A stretch of 64,000 nucleotides of DNA from positions 13,764,001-13,828,000 of the forward strand of contig JANJGN010000035.1 of assembly GCA_026770705.1 (NCBI GenBank), in the 5' to 3' direction. Below are positions 48,948-61,259 of this stretch, in pieces. Numbering within the stretch: position 1 is the stretch's first letter; each line of letters begins with the position of its first letter. The position numbers and the translations under genes were made by a program. The DNA comes from Isurus oxyrinchus (lineage: Eukaryota). The notes beneath the pieces were generated by a model. The model was given only the letters and a program-made list of their open reading frames with translations. It was not told the origin of the DNA and searched no databases.

Positions 48948-49859
48948 TGACACACACAATTCCCACTCTCACCACCAACACTCTCTCTCTCTCTTGCTCT
49001 CTCTCCCTCTGCAGGGTTTACATTTGTTTTAAAGGGAGGTAAACCGATGTTCACCTGAAGGATTTAGATTGTGGTGCGCATCCATTTTAATTATGTAAAT
49101 TGACATTTTTCATTTCGCTCAATTCCAAATCCGTCCTGTTGGACAAACAGATTTGAGAGAATGCACCTGTTTAAGTAAGCCATGATATCCCCGGTGGTTT
49201 CTTCATGAAAATTTGAGAATTAAGGAAAGGGCAGGAAATTGGGCAGCTCTGATCTTACTGTATCACAGAGCAAGTTTGAGCGGCAGAACAGCTTCAAACT
49301 GCTTTGATTACTAAAAATCTATTCAGTGAGCGCCACTGTGCAGCACGTTCAATACGCTAGAAGAGAAGAATTGAGGCAGATGCTTCAAGTGAAAGGTGGG
49401 GCAGGGAAAGGCTCGAGGGGTCGTAAGACCTACATATGCACTAGTATAATGCGACATACAATGAGAAGGCCTGTCAGCAATGTATGACGGTGACAATGGA
49501 ATTTTGTGTGATAAGATACACATCTTCCCCAATTGAGAATAGATATTTTTTATTTAGCAAATACAATCTTTCTCACATACTCACTGTTCAACACTAAACT
49601 CCCTCACTTCTCAAGGAGCTATTCCTAGCTCTGATCACTCTGCATATTGAACAGAAACACCAGCGTGGGAGATTCCATTGGGATCTGGAAGGAAGAGCGG
49701 GCACAATAAGCAGTCATATAGTATCTTGGCCTTTCTGTTCCCTCAGGACATTAGCTGCTATCAGTACTTCGGCGAGTAGTAATCCTAAATCTCTGCATCA
49801 GAAGCTCACGAAATTAAGCTCCACTCCACATCCACCAACCACCCATTATCCACTAAGAT

Positions 49860-49962
49860 AATCCAGTTCTAATGAAGTGTCATGAAGACTTAAAATGTTA
49901 TCTCTGCCTTCCTCTACACAGAAGCCTTCAGACGTGCTGAGCTTTTCCAACATTTTGTTTTA
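49860..49962 (+). mobile_element. Penelope-like terminal repeat relic
   Basis: agttctaatgaagtgtcatgaagacttaaaatgtta...gctgagcttttccaacattttg. Confidence 0.65.
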
Positions 49963-50049
49963 ACGATAAACCAATGCAGGGCTGGGCGAAGGGGGTACAG
50001 GTACAAACAATAATAGGGCTCATTTCACAGGCAAAGCATCAGCACAGAG

Positions 50050-50345
50050 GAATGTGTGGTGCCACAGTGTCAGGGGGTCCGTGAAGGGACAGTGTCGCTT
50101 TGTCCTAGAGTTGGTGCAGGCATAATGCCGCCCTGTCAGAAGTTCGCTTCAGCGCGAGCGAAGCCCTGTCGGAATGTGACTGCAGACGGAGCTCTGCAAG
50201 ATTGGTGGATGGCTGCAGTGGGAGTGACGTTCTGTCGGGAACTCGGGGCTGTGGGAGCGCCACCCTGCCGGACGTTCGGTGCAGGCGGAGTGCAACCCTG
50301 GTGGAATGTCAGTGCAGGGAAAGTGCTGCACTGTTCGAGGTGCTA
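50050..50345 (+). repeat. About 33-bp tandem repeat running into a DeuSINE-like body
   Basis: Unit similar to cagtgcagggaaagtgctgcactgttcgaggt; 11-aa periodicity in ORF 50056-50364. Confidence 0.7.
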
Positions 50346-51019
50346 CTTTTGCAGAAGACATTAAACTATGACCATTTCTGCACTCTCATGATTATTCAGT
50401 TTTTTATCAAATTGCTGTCTTGGAAGTCTGCTCTGCGCAAATTGCTTGCTACATTCTCTACATCACAACCGTGACCGCAGTCTGAAAGAAGCTCATTGAC
50501 TCTAAAACAAAAGTGGTAATTGCTGGAAAAACTGAGCGCGTAGCCCAGACTGTGTGAAGAGAGAAATGGCGTGAATGTTTAAACTTCATTTGACTCTCTT
50601 AGCTCTGAAATGTCTTCCCGTTATGATAGAAGGTGGTACATCAATGCACGTGTTCCCCCAGTACAGCAGTACGTACACATCACTGAGAAACCATAGCAAC
50701 TAGAATTCAGAAGCAGTATAAAATAAACCAAAAGATTTGCACTGGATTCAAGGGGATTCATTCAAAACTGTCCAAATTGCAAACGTTGTGTTTCTAATTG
50801 GCTGGTGATTCAGATAATCTCTCTAACAGAGCATTCACATTTTCAGAACCTGGTGCAAACGGATTTATTGAAAGACAATTTCTCAAGCTCCACCAATTAC
50901 AGAGCTGAATGACAGAGCTGCAATGCAAACTGAATCCTGTCTACCCAAACTCATAGAACAGGAAAGGCCGAGGCTTCAAACTGGCCTTGTGTTCAATTTC
51001 ACTGTCCTGATGGGGGAGC

Positions 51020-51510
51020 TAGTGACCCTGGGCTTTACAATTCGAGAATTAAGGATGCTATTGCTAAATCCTATATATACAAGACTCCAACATCACTCCC
51101 GGAATTGTGTCCAATTCCTAGACTCTGCACTTTTGGGAGGGTATCTGGACTTTGGAGATGCTGGGTAAGAGTTTTGATTAGGATGGTATCAAGGATCAGG
51201 GAACTTGGGAAGATTAGAGAATCTGTGAAAGTTCTCCTGAGACCAGAGAAGGTGAACAGGAGATTTAATAGCGGTGTTCAGAATAATGAAGGTTTTCTTT
51301 TGAAGAGGGAGAGTGTTTGCAGTGGTTGGACGTTTGGGGAAAAGAGAGTCCAGCTGGGAGAAAATCCGCAATAGAGGCAAAAGCGATTGTAGAAGTTTAT
51401 TTTTTCTTTTATGCAAAGATCTGTGAGCATACTGGCTGAAAGGGCAGTACCAGTTTTAATTCCAAAACTGAATTTGATAAATACTTGAAGGCGATAAATT
51501 TGACAGCGCT
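51020..51510 (+). mobile_element. CR1 3' fragment
   Basis: attgtgtccaattc...agaaggtgaacaggagatttaatagcggtgttcagaataatgaa. Confidence 0.7.
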
Positions 51511-51619
51511 GAGGGGTGGAGGAGTGGGGGGGATGAAGAGCAAGGGGTAGTGGCACTACGTGGGGCATTTCATCCCCGTGGCATGTCATTCCACGAGAAG
51601 GCGGGTTTTTCGTTCGTCC

Positions 51620-52010
51620 AACGTCACCCACAATTGCGGAGCATCTGGAAACGCTCCGAAGCCATTTTCAGAACAGCTGTCACTGATACAATGTACGAAA
51701 AGCACTGGGCAGAGCAAGATTCCACACACATCCTTGACAGAAATGCCAGATAATCTGTTTCAGTAATGCTGAATGAGCTATTATTTTTTGCCCTTCGACC
51801 AGGGGCGATTTGGGAGGCTGGGACAGGAGGGAGACCTGATCTCCTTGGCTCCTCTTACAATTGCGCCTGCACGATCTTTGTACACCCATGAGCAGCTGAA
51901 GGGTCTCGTCTTTAAATCATCGGAACTACTGCACCAACCAACTGTGCAGTACGACAACGCTGCTGCACTGGGGGAGTGAGCTAAATGTTTTCAGCTCGAG
52001 TCTCTAGACA
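51620..52010 (-). mobile_element. DeuSINE-like element, decayed
   Basis: Reverse Deu-domain-like gatctttgtacacccatgag...gtgcagtac...ctgcactgg...ctcgagtctct. Confidence 0.55.
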
Positions 52011-52014
52011 CAGT

Positions 52015-54120
52015 ACCATACAAATTAGGGACAGTAGTAGGCCACTCTGCCCTTCAAGCCTGTTACATCATTCAGTGAGATCATAGCTGATCTGCATTTA
52101 ACTTCAGCCCCACAATCTTGCAGGCCCCGGGAAAATTTCAGCCCCATTTAAATCAAGAATGTATCTAGCTCTGCCATAAAAAAATATTCGAATGCTCTGC
52201 TTCCACCGCCTTTTGAGAAAGAGAATTACATGATCTCTCGATCCTCAGAGAGAAGAATAATCATTTTCATCTCTGTCTTAATTGGTTGATCCCTTATGGC
52301 CCACATTTCGACTTTCTCCACCAAGACAAGAGATGCTCTCTATTTTCATACTATTGAGAGCTTCCAGATGACAGGAGGACAACACATGTGCTAACTTTAT
52401 TCCAGGAGGGAGAAAGGGATTAAGACAGACATTCAGCATGGTTTTTTTTAAGTGAAGGTCATGTCTGACCACTTTAACTGAATGCTTCGAAGAGATGACC
52501 ACGTGTGTCGATGAGAGCAAATCTAGACTAATTGGACTTCAGCAAGACTCTTTATAAGGTCCCACGTGGGAGACTGATAACGAAAGTAAGAGCCCATGGG
52601 TTCCAAGGGAATTGGGCAAATCGAACCCAAAATTGGCTAAGTGGAGGAAAGTAGTAGGTCAAGGGGTGTTTTTGTGACTGGATGCCTGTTTCCAGTGGAG
52701 TTCAACAGGGATCGGTGATCGATAAAATGCTGTTTCTGGTATGTATAAGCGGTATACACCTGAACGTAACAGGGTTGATCAATAAGTTCTCGGGTGGCAC
52801 GAGAATTTGTGCAGTGGTAAAAAAGGAGGATGATAGCTTAGACTGCAGGAAGATATCGACAGGCTGGTCAGATCGGCTGAACCATGGCGAATGCAATTTA
52901 ATCCAGACAGGTATGGAGTGATGCAGGCCAAACAAGGCTAGGGAATGCACGATGAATGTAGGGCCTTTGGAATTACCAGGGATAAGGGGGACGTTGGTGT
53001 GCATGTCCACCGTAAGCTTAAGGTAGCTGGTCAGTTAGATGAGGTGGATAAGAAGGCAAATGTGATATTTGCCTTTTTTAAACGTGGCATAGAATACAAG
53101 AGCATGGTAGTTATGCTGAATCTCTGTTATACAATAGACAGGGCACAGCGAGATTATTGAGTGCAGTTCTGGAATCTGCATTACAGAAAGGATTTGATTG
53201 CACTAGCGAGAGTTCAGAGGAGATTTACCAGGATGTTGCCAAGGCGAGAGAGTTTTAGTTATGAGGAGATATTGGATTCACTGGGGTTACTTTCCCTGGA
53301 GTGAGGGGATTGTGGGGGGAGATGCTGGAGGTGCATAAAATTATGAGGGTATAGAAGGATAGAGAAGAAGGTGCTTTGCCCCATGGAGGAAGGATCACTA
53401 ACCAGAGGCAAAGATGTAGGTTAAGGGGCAGGAGGTTGAGAACGAATGTGACAAGTAATTTTGCACCAAGAGTGTAGTGGGGTTATGGAACTGGCTGCCA
53501 TTCAGGGTGCAAGGGGCAGACGCCCTCATAATATTTAAGAAATATTGCTATGGGCACTTGCGATGCAATGGCATTCAAATCTATAGATCTAGTACTGGAA
53601 AATGGGAATAATTAATTATGCAATTGTTTGACCATTCACAGGCTCGAATGGTCGAAGGAAGTTTTTCTGTACTCTAGACCTTTATGATTCCATGAATCTA
53701 TAATCCACTCACTCTACTAAATACTTGTGGTTATAAGCCTAGCTTGTCGAACCTTTCTTCAGAAGACAACCTACTCATTCCTGGTAGTAATCTATTTAAT
53801 CATCACTTCTAACTGCTTCTGAAGCATTTACATTCATACTTAAATAAGACGACCAATGCTGTACACAGTACTGCATGTGGTCGCACCAATGCACTGTATA
53901 ACTGCAGCATAGGAAATGTGTGTAATCAATTCCCCGTGCAATAAATCATAACATTCTATTAGATTCACTAACTACTTGACTACCTGCATACTAGCCACTT
54001 GTGATTAATTCAGTTAGACATCCAGATCCCTCTGCAACTCTGAGCTCTGCAATCTTTTGCCATGCAGACAATAAGCTTCTTTTTTATAATTCTTCCTTCC
54101 AAGTGGTCAAGTTTACAATC
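52015..54120 (-). mobile_element. CR1 (-) split by a nested CR1 (+)
   Basis: Reverse tail at 52015-52370 resumes at about 53700 (aagcctagcttgtcgaacctttcttc). Confidence 0.75.
52370..53697 (+). mobile_element. CR1 LINE RT-to-tail fragment
   Basis: PVSSGVQQGSV...INKFSGGTRI; DVGVHVHRKLKVAGQ; tail atggtcgaagg...tatgattccatga. Confidence 0.9.
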
Positions 54121-54164
54121 ATGCCAATGGAAAGTTCACAGGAATCGTATTTTCATTTAAGGCC

Positions 54165-54990
54165 ATAAGTTACAGGAGCAGAAGTAGGTCATTAGAACAT
54201 CGACTCTGCTCGGCCAATCAATCAAATCATGGCTGGTCTGACAATATGCAATTCCAATTCTCGGTATTGTTCCCATTACCCTTGATTCTCTGAATAAATA
54301 AGAAATCTCTTTATTTCAGCGTTGAACATACTTAAAGACCCAAACTATACAGCCCACTGCTGTGTAGAATTCACAGATTTACGGCCCACTGAGAGCCTAA
54401 ATTCCTCCACAACTCTGTTTCAATGGTCGCCCCCTTACTCTGAGATTATGCCCTACTGCCCTAGATTCTACCACAAGTGGAAACAGCCTCTCAGCATCTA
54501 ACCAGTCAGGCGCCCTAAGTACCTTATATGCTTCAATAAGGTAATTCCTCATTGTTCTAAACTCCAGTGGGCACAAGCCCAGCCTACCCAAGATCTCCTC
54601 ATAAGAAAATCTCTCCACCCGGGATCAACTATGTGAAGCTTCTCTGGACAGCCTTCAATGGCAGTATATATTTCCTTAGGTATGGGGCCAAAACTGTTCA
54701 CAGTATTCAAGGTGTAATCTAACTTAGTTATGCTTCCGTATTTATTATTGCATTCTGTTTGAACTAAGGCTCAACATTTCACTTGCCTTACCGATTACCT
54801 GCTGAACTTAAACGTTAGATTTTTGGGAATCATGCACGAGAACCCCCAAATCCGCCTGCGCTGCAGCTTTCTGCAGTCTTTCTCCATTGATGTAATATTC
54901 AGCTCCTCCATTCTTCCTTCTAAAGTTTATGAACTCACACTTTCCCACATTGTCTTTGCCCTGCCACGAGTTCTTCCATTCACTTATGCT
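54165..54990 (-). mobile_element. CR1 LINE 3' fragment
   Basis: ORFs SYEEILGRLGLCPLEFRTMRNYLIEAYK and NVGKCEFINFRRKN..YYINGERL..DLGVLVH. Confidence 0.9.
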
Positions 54991-55914
54991 TTCTATGACC
55001 CACTGAGGGGTCTTGGTGTCAACGTCGCCACGTGTCAACCCTCGTATTTTTGTGCCATACCATAGCTGCTTTTGGACTGAATGCACAGCCTCCCTGCATT
55101 GCCGCATTTGCGCCCAGCCCCCTCAAAGATGCATAGCCTCGTGCCCAAGAAGATCCCTCAAAGTTTTCACTCCGACTTCCCCCCTGAAGAAATGACCTTT
55201 AATACTCAATGTCAAATCCCAGAAGGCAGAGCCCAATTCCTTCAATGCAAAAAAGCCAGTGGACTTAGCGATGGTTGGGCGGAAAAGCACAAGGACCCAG
55301 AAGGTGAGCTGGGATAGGGAGACGCTACCTTCAGTAATCAAGCCTTCGTTGTACAGAAAAGAGTGATGCAGCAGCGAAATGGGACCCAGATTCTGGCTCT
55401 TGCTGATGAATATGTTGGGAGATGTACGACCGAGAGGAGGCTGCAGCACAAACTGGTCTGTGCGTTTCTTAAAATAAACCCCTAAAGCTGAGCCACTCGT
55501 CCAGATCCATCCCCACACATTCCGATCTGTTTCGAAGCCAACTCATTTTCTTTTCCGGTCAAAAGGAAAGTAAACCCGACAGAGATATTCCAAGAGTCAC
55601 CCTTTCTCCTTCTAGAAATCAGGGCTCTCATGTTCCATGATTACCTCACAAAACTGGAATTGCTGTTGCAAAACCCGTAATTATCTACAAACAAGTTGCC
55701 TTCCAAATTCAGGAATCCATTCATAAAAATTTATTAGGTACTCAGTCACTCCAGACCTAGGATGATCTGAAAAAGCAAGCTTTTCTTCCAGTCAATCTTC
55801 GCTGACCTCAAAGACTCGGATCCGCTACTTTCAATTCCAAGATATTCTCAGAAATTGTTTTAGAGTCATGACGCACTTCTTTCGGCTGCAAAATGCAGCC
55901 AAAAATGAAAGATT

Positions 55915-56032
55915 GCCTCCTGAAGAACAGTCAGACTGATTTGAAAGATAAACTTTGTTTCTCAGTCCACAGATACTGCCCGGCCTCAGGCGAGTTTCCA
56001 CAATTTTCTGATTTTGTTTCAGATTCCCAGCA
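55915..56032 (+). mobile_element. Penelope-like terminal repeat relic
   Basis: CTGAAGAacagtc...tttgtttctcagtccacagatactgcc...ttcagattcccagcat. Confidence 0.65.
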
Positions 56033-56120
56033 TTCAGTGTTTCACTTTGAGATTTGAAAGATCAGGACATGTTTCTTTTTGAATACAATATATTTTGCAG
56101 GAAAACAGGATTTGAATTCC

Positions 56121-56353
56121 CATGGAAAAACTCAGCAGGTCTGGCAGCATCGGCGGAGAAGAAAAGAGTTGACGTTTCGAGTCTTCATGACCCTTCGACA
56201 GAACTTGACCCTTCAAGTTCTGTCGAAGGGTCATGAAGACTCGAAACGTCAACTCTTTTCTTCTCCGCCGATGCTGCCAGACCTGCTGAGTTTTTCCAGG
56301 TAATTCTGTTTTTGTTTTGGATTTCCAGCATCCGCAGTTCTCTTTGTTTTTAT
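56121..56353. mobile_element. Young palindromic Penelope-derived mini-element with 11-bp TSD
   Basis: Perfect inverted repeat 56123-56208 / 56213-56298 with loop ccct; TSD atttgaattcc at 56110-56120 and 56354-56364. Confidence 0.95.
56216..56254 (+). ncRNA. Minimal type I hammerhead-like motif (mirror copy on the - strand at 56167-56205)
   Basis: Stem I AGTT/AACT, core CTGTCGA...GAAA, stem II GGGTC/GACTC, palindromic ACGT stem III, GUC triplet. Confidence 0.65.
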
Positions 56354-56494
56354 ATTTGAATTCCTATTATGTCCAGGATTTTCTCCAGTCTTTCTTGGGT
56401 AAAGAACAGACTGAAATTTTTAATAGGTTTATCAATTCCCCCGCCCAGGTCCACCAGCAGGAATTGCTGGAGTCCCCACCGTGAAAAAGGAACA

Positions 56495-57030
56495 AACAAA
56501 ATGGAGCAGGTCTAGGTCATTCTGCCCCTCGAGCCCGCTCTAGTATTCAAGATGCTCATGTTTGGTCTGATAGGAACCTAAATTCGGCAGTCCGGCCTAC
56601 CCCCATTAAGCTTTCACCCCGTCGCTTGCCAGTCAACTATCCAACTCTGTCTTAAAAATATTCAAAGACTCAGCTGCAAAAGCCTTTTCAAGAAGCGAGA
56701 TCTAAATGATGAATTTTCCCTCACCACGGTTTAAAATCAGCGACCTCTCATTTACAGACAACGACCCCCAGTTCCAGATTCTCAGAGAACAGGAAGCATC
56801 CTCTCCACACCCACCCTGTCAGGAATACTGAGGATCTTTTTGGTTTCAATCAAGTCGCCTCTTATTCTCCTAAACTCCAGAGGAATCAAGCCTGCCCTAC
56901 CTTTCTTCTTAAGAAAACAAACTCATCCCATATGTTAGCCTGATAAAACCTTGTTGAAATGGTCCCAATGCATTTACATCCTTCCTCAAATAAGGAAAGC
57001 AATATTGTTCATTGTACACTGCCCTCCTCT
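56495..57030 (-). mobile_element. CR1 3' fragment
   Basis: ggagcaggtctaggtcattctgcccctcgagccc...ttcaatcaagtcgcctcttattctcctaaactccag. Confidence 0.8.
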
Positions 57031-58109
57031 CAATCAAATCTAGTGCGTTTCTTCACACTCCCACACCACAATACTTCCCAAAGGAGGCACTTCGGGGAGG
57101 GGAGTGGTGTGCGGTGAGAAGTCAACCCAGGAGTTTGCCCCCAGTAAAGGTTTGCGACTGGGGCATGTGGGGGACGGTCTGTCGCCCCTCGCCCACAACC
57201 TGATCCTTCCATTCCACCATGACCATTCGGGTCATCTCGCCATCAGTGCGGCTGAATCATTACTCCTCCCCCTCTCTCTGCTATGGAAAGCCACAGCATG
57301 AAGGCATCGTGGAACGCTGTGGTGACATCATCCTTTCCCCGGAGATCCCACCTCTGCGACCACATTTCGCCCAACAACTCAGGTAGTAGCAGAGGTGTCA
57401 AACATCGAGCCATGGCACTCTGGCCGACTGGAGCCGCCCACGAACACAACAATTCCAGCACCACCCTCAGAGAGATAGGGGGTCCGGATGAGCTGGGATT
57501 AACCCGTTCAACAATTTGCAACCCAGCTCTTTTCAGTTGGCAGCGTATATCCGAACTTTTTGCATTGTTCCAAATGTTCCTCCTACTTCAGCAGCTCTTG
57601 TTTCACCTTATGTTCATAATTTAAGTAGCAGACCCTCAGATTCCCGCTCTTTGCCACTGCGGAAATGGAACAGGCCGTGCTTGTTGTTTCCACCATTAAA
57701 TACAATAGGGACATAATTACCAAACTGATGTTTCAAACTTTTCACACACGTTCTCTCTATCATTTGCTTAAACCTTTTTAAACATTTATTACAATAAATT
57801 AAATTTGGATAAAATGCGATTCTCTAAATTTAAATCACTTTCATATCATTGATGTGCATTTTAATTTTCAGACCCAGTAACCACCTACTCAATTGAAGGA
57901 GAGATTGTTCACAGTCGAAAGACAGCATGAGAGGAACTGGACTGATCCATCTGAGAGGTCATGCCATGACCTCTTTAATTCAGGTTGTCCATAGAATATT
58001 AATTAATGAGTGCTGTTATCATGAAAACTAGATCAATTTATTAGAATTTGTGAGAAAATCTAGTTTAACTTTAAATCAGTTACAATGATGAGATTTTATA
58101 TTTTCTGGA

Positions 58110-59866
58110 AGAAGTTTGAACAGAGGCCTGAACAATGCCTACCCACCACTGCTCTCCTCCGTCTGTCTGAACTTGTTCTCACACTGAGCAATTTCTCCTT
58201 TAACTTATCTCACTTCCTTCAAATAAATGATGTGGCTCTGGGTACCCGCATGGGCCCCAGCTATGATTGCCACTTTATGGGGTATGTGGAACATTCCTTG
58301 TTCCAGTCCTCCTCTGGCCCCCTCCCACAACTCTTTCTCTGGTACGTTGATGATTACATCGGTGCGGCTTCATGCCCTCGTTGAGAGCTGGAAAAAAATA
58401 TTAGTATTGCTTCCAATCTCCACCCCTCGATCATTTTCACATGTTCCATTCCCTTCCTTAAACTCTCTGTCTTAATTACTAGTGATAGACTGACCAGCAA
58501 TATCCATTACAAGCCTATCAACTCCGATAGCTACTTCCACTACAGCTCCTCACACACTGCTTCCTGTAAGGACTCCATCCCAATCTCTCAGTTCCTTCAC
58601 CTCCGTCACTTCTGTTCTAATGAAGCTATCTTCAAAAACAGTTCCTCTGACATGTCCTCCTTCTTCCTTAACCGAGGTTTGGAACCCATTATAGTTGACA
58701 GGGACCTCAACCATGTCCGGACCATCTCCCGTGCACCCACCCTCACACCCTCTCCTCCCTCCCAGAAACATGATAAGGTCCCCCTTGTCCTCACTTAGCA
58801 TACCACCAGCCTCCGCTTTCAAAGGATCTTCCTCCTCCATTTCCGCCAACTCCAGCAGGAAGCCACCAAAAAACCCATCTTCCCTTCACATGCCTTGGAG
58901 GAAGTCCATAGGGATGGCTCACTCCGTGACACCCTGGTCGACTCCTCCATCACCCCCTACTCCTCGACCCCCACCTATGAAAACCTCCCCGTGCAAACGC
59001 AACATTTGCAACACCTTCCCCTTCACTTCCTCTTTCCTCACTGTCGAAGGGACCAAATATTCCTTTCAAGTGAAGCAGCATTTCACTAGCATTTCCCCCA
59101 ACTTTGTGTACTGCATTCGGTGCTCCCAAAGCGGTTTCCACTACTTTGGAGAGACCAAATGCGGACTGGGCGATCACTTTGCAGAACACCTTCAGTCTGT
59201 CCGCAGGAATGACCTACACCTCCCTGTCGCTTGTGATTTTAACACTCCACCCTGCTCTCTTGCCGACATGTCTGTCCTTGGCTTGCTGCATTGTTCCAGT
59301 GAAGCTCAACGCAAACTGGAGGAACAGCAGCTCATCTTCCGACTTGGCACTTTTGTGCCTGAGGGACTCAATATTGAGATCAACAACTTTAGGGGTTGAA
59401 CTCCTCCTCCACCCCACCCCTTTTCCGTTTCTTCCCCCTCCCGTCCGTTTTTTCCCAATAATTTATAGATATTTCTCTTTTCCCATCTATTTCCATTATT
59501 TTAAAATGTATTCCCACTCATGTTTTATTTCACCCCAACTGATCGTCCTGCTCTCCAATCTTAATTAGCACATCCTTTTACACAAATCCCCACCTTCAAA
59601 CCCTCTGTGTTCTTTTCTGTGTGACATCTTTTGGCTACATCCTCCCATCACTGCTTGCTTGTCCGAAGAACCACACGCCGCCATCCCCCCTTAAACCAGC
59701 TTATATTTCACCCCTTTCTTGTTTCAATTTAGTTCTGTTGAACGGTCATGAGGACTCGAAACATCAACTTTGTTATTGTCCGCCAATGCTGACACACCTA
59801 ATGAGTTTTTCCATGTATTCCTGTTTTCGTTTTGAATTTGCAGCATCCACAGTTTTTTGTTTTTAT
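58110..59866 (+). mobile_element. Penelope-like retroelement, 5'-truncated (RT C-terminal half, GIY-YIG, terminal repeat)
   Basis: ALGTRMGPSY..FMGYVE..WYVDDYIG; VYCIRCSQSGFHYFGETK..DHFAEHL; hammerhead-like motif at 59731-59769. Confidence 0.93.
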
Positions 59867-59889
59867 CTTCATGATTAAACATTAACGTA

Positions 59890-60930
59890 ATTAGCATTAT
59901 GATAACAGCCAACTGGTCAGTTGAAGCAAAAAAAAAAGATTAACAATCGCTCGTATATTTTGAACAGACGTCCAATATCTGATACTTTGTCTCTGCATTA
60001 ATTATGTAAACAGCGCTGGGGTACAGCTTGGCTCAAATAATACTTCGCTTTTAAATGGAGATGAAGCACGCAGTGTCTGCAGGCATTGTCGAATCCTTCC
60101 ATGCTCGCTGGGCACCGCGGGGGCTGGGCTGTTTTATTGACCTTGTTAATCACATTTTGGTACCATCTTTGTAACTTGCCTTTAAGTTTTGTCTTCGTTT
60201 TTACCGTTTCAATTTAAGTGGCTGACCTTTACGTTGTTCCTTAATTTGAAAATTGGGTTGCAGAACACAAAAGCTGTCAATTAATTGTTTTTTCAAATCA
60301 TCTTGAAGGAGAGAACCTGAGTTTTTCTGAAAAAGGAGACATGCCAAAAGTTTTTGTCTTGCACTCATCTGGCCAGTTGGTACACTCGTGAAGTTATCTA
60401 ATGAGTGCAAGATGAAAAGCTTCAAAATGTCCCTTATTTCAGAAACACTCTTGTGATTACTTACAATTTAGGACGCGAGTTTCATTGAAAACTTTGAATT
60501 AAAAACATTAAACAATCAGAGATAATATCTGAATACTCAAGGAGACGCAGTTATAACAATTTGGTGTCGTTTTAACTTTGAACTCCACCTTAAATCGCAT
60601 GGTAACAGAAAGGCTGTTCTGCACACGTGGCAGTATTGCACTGGCAGGAAAGTTTGGGCGTAGAGAGATGGAGTGTTAACTTCGCAGTAATTAGAGCAGG
60701 CCAACACCCAACGTGACAATTTTCCCACACTGGAAGTCAAAGACAGTGATGCGGGCCTTGAATCACATGTAGGCCAAGCCAGGTAAGGACGGCAGATTTC
60801 CTTACACAAAAAACATCAGGGAACAAGATTGATTTTTACAAAAATCAAGAATGGTTTCATGGTCATCATTAGCCTTTTTTAAAATGACAGATTTTTACTT
60901 AATTCAAATTTCACCACCTGACAATTCGGC
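59890..60930. repeat. Duplicated block (paralog of 14970-16300), including the palindromic element at 60313-60455 and a SINE fragment
   Basis: Collinear similarity, e.g. cttgcactcatctggccagttggta vs cttgcactcattgggccgtttggta. Confidence 0.85.
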
Positions 60931-61259
60931 TTTCAACTGCACGCCGCACGTTCGTGCAATGCCAAGCAACACATGGCAAGACGGACATGGTGTTAAGTGT
61001 GAGGGGGGTGGCGGTGGGAACTTAGCTTCAATTACCCCCCTGTCTCAGCAGACTCACCTTTCCACATCTAGTTGTACTTTCCCACAACATTGTCTTACCC
61101 AGCCTCCGCAGCTCCCCTTCCCTATGGCCTCGGCAACGACTTTCACTGCCGAGCAGTTCGTTCCTCCCCACCACACACACAACCTTGAACTTCAAAACGT
61201 TCCCTCAACCCCAAGAAATAGGCAAAATCGTTGGGCAGTGCAAAACACGTGTTTCAACA

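Noticed and set aside
48666-49054. ORFs spanning the N run
   Set aside because: Gap artefacts.
49585-49684. Minus-strand exon-like segment with good splice sites
   Set aside because: Stops in all three frames and no linked exons.
56034-56303. Mirror-image ORFs on both strands
   Set aside because: Consequence of the palindrome, not coding.
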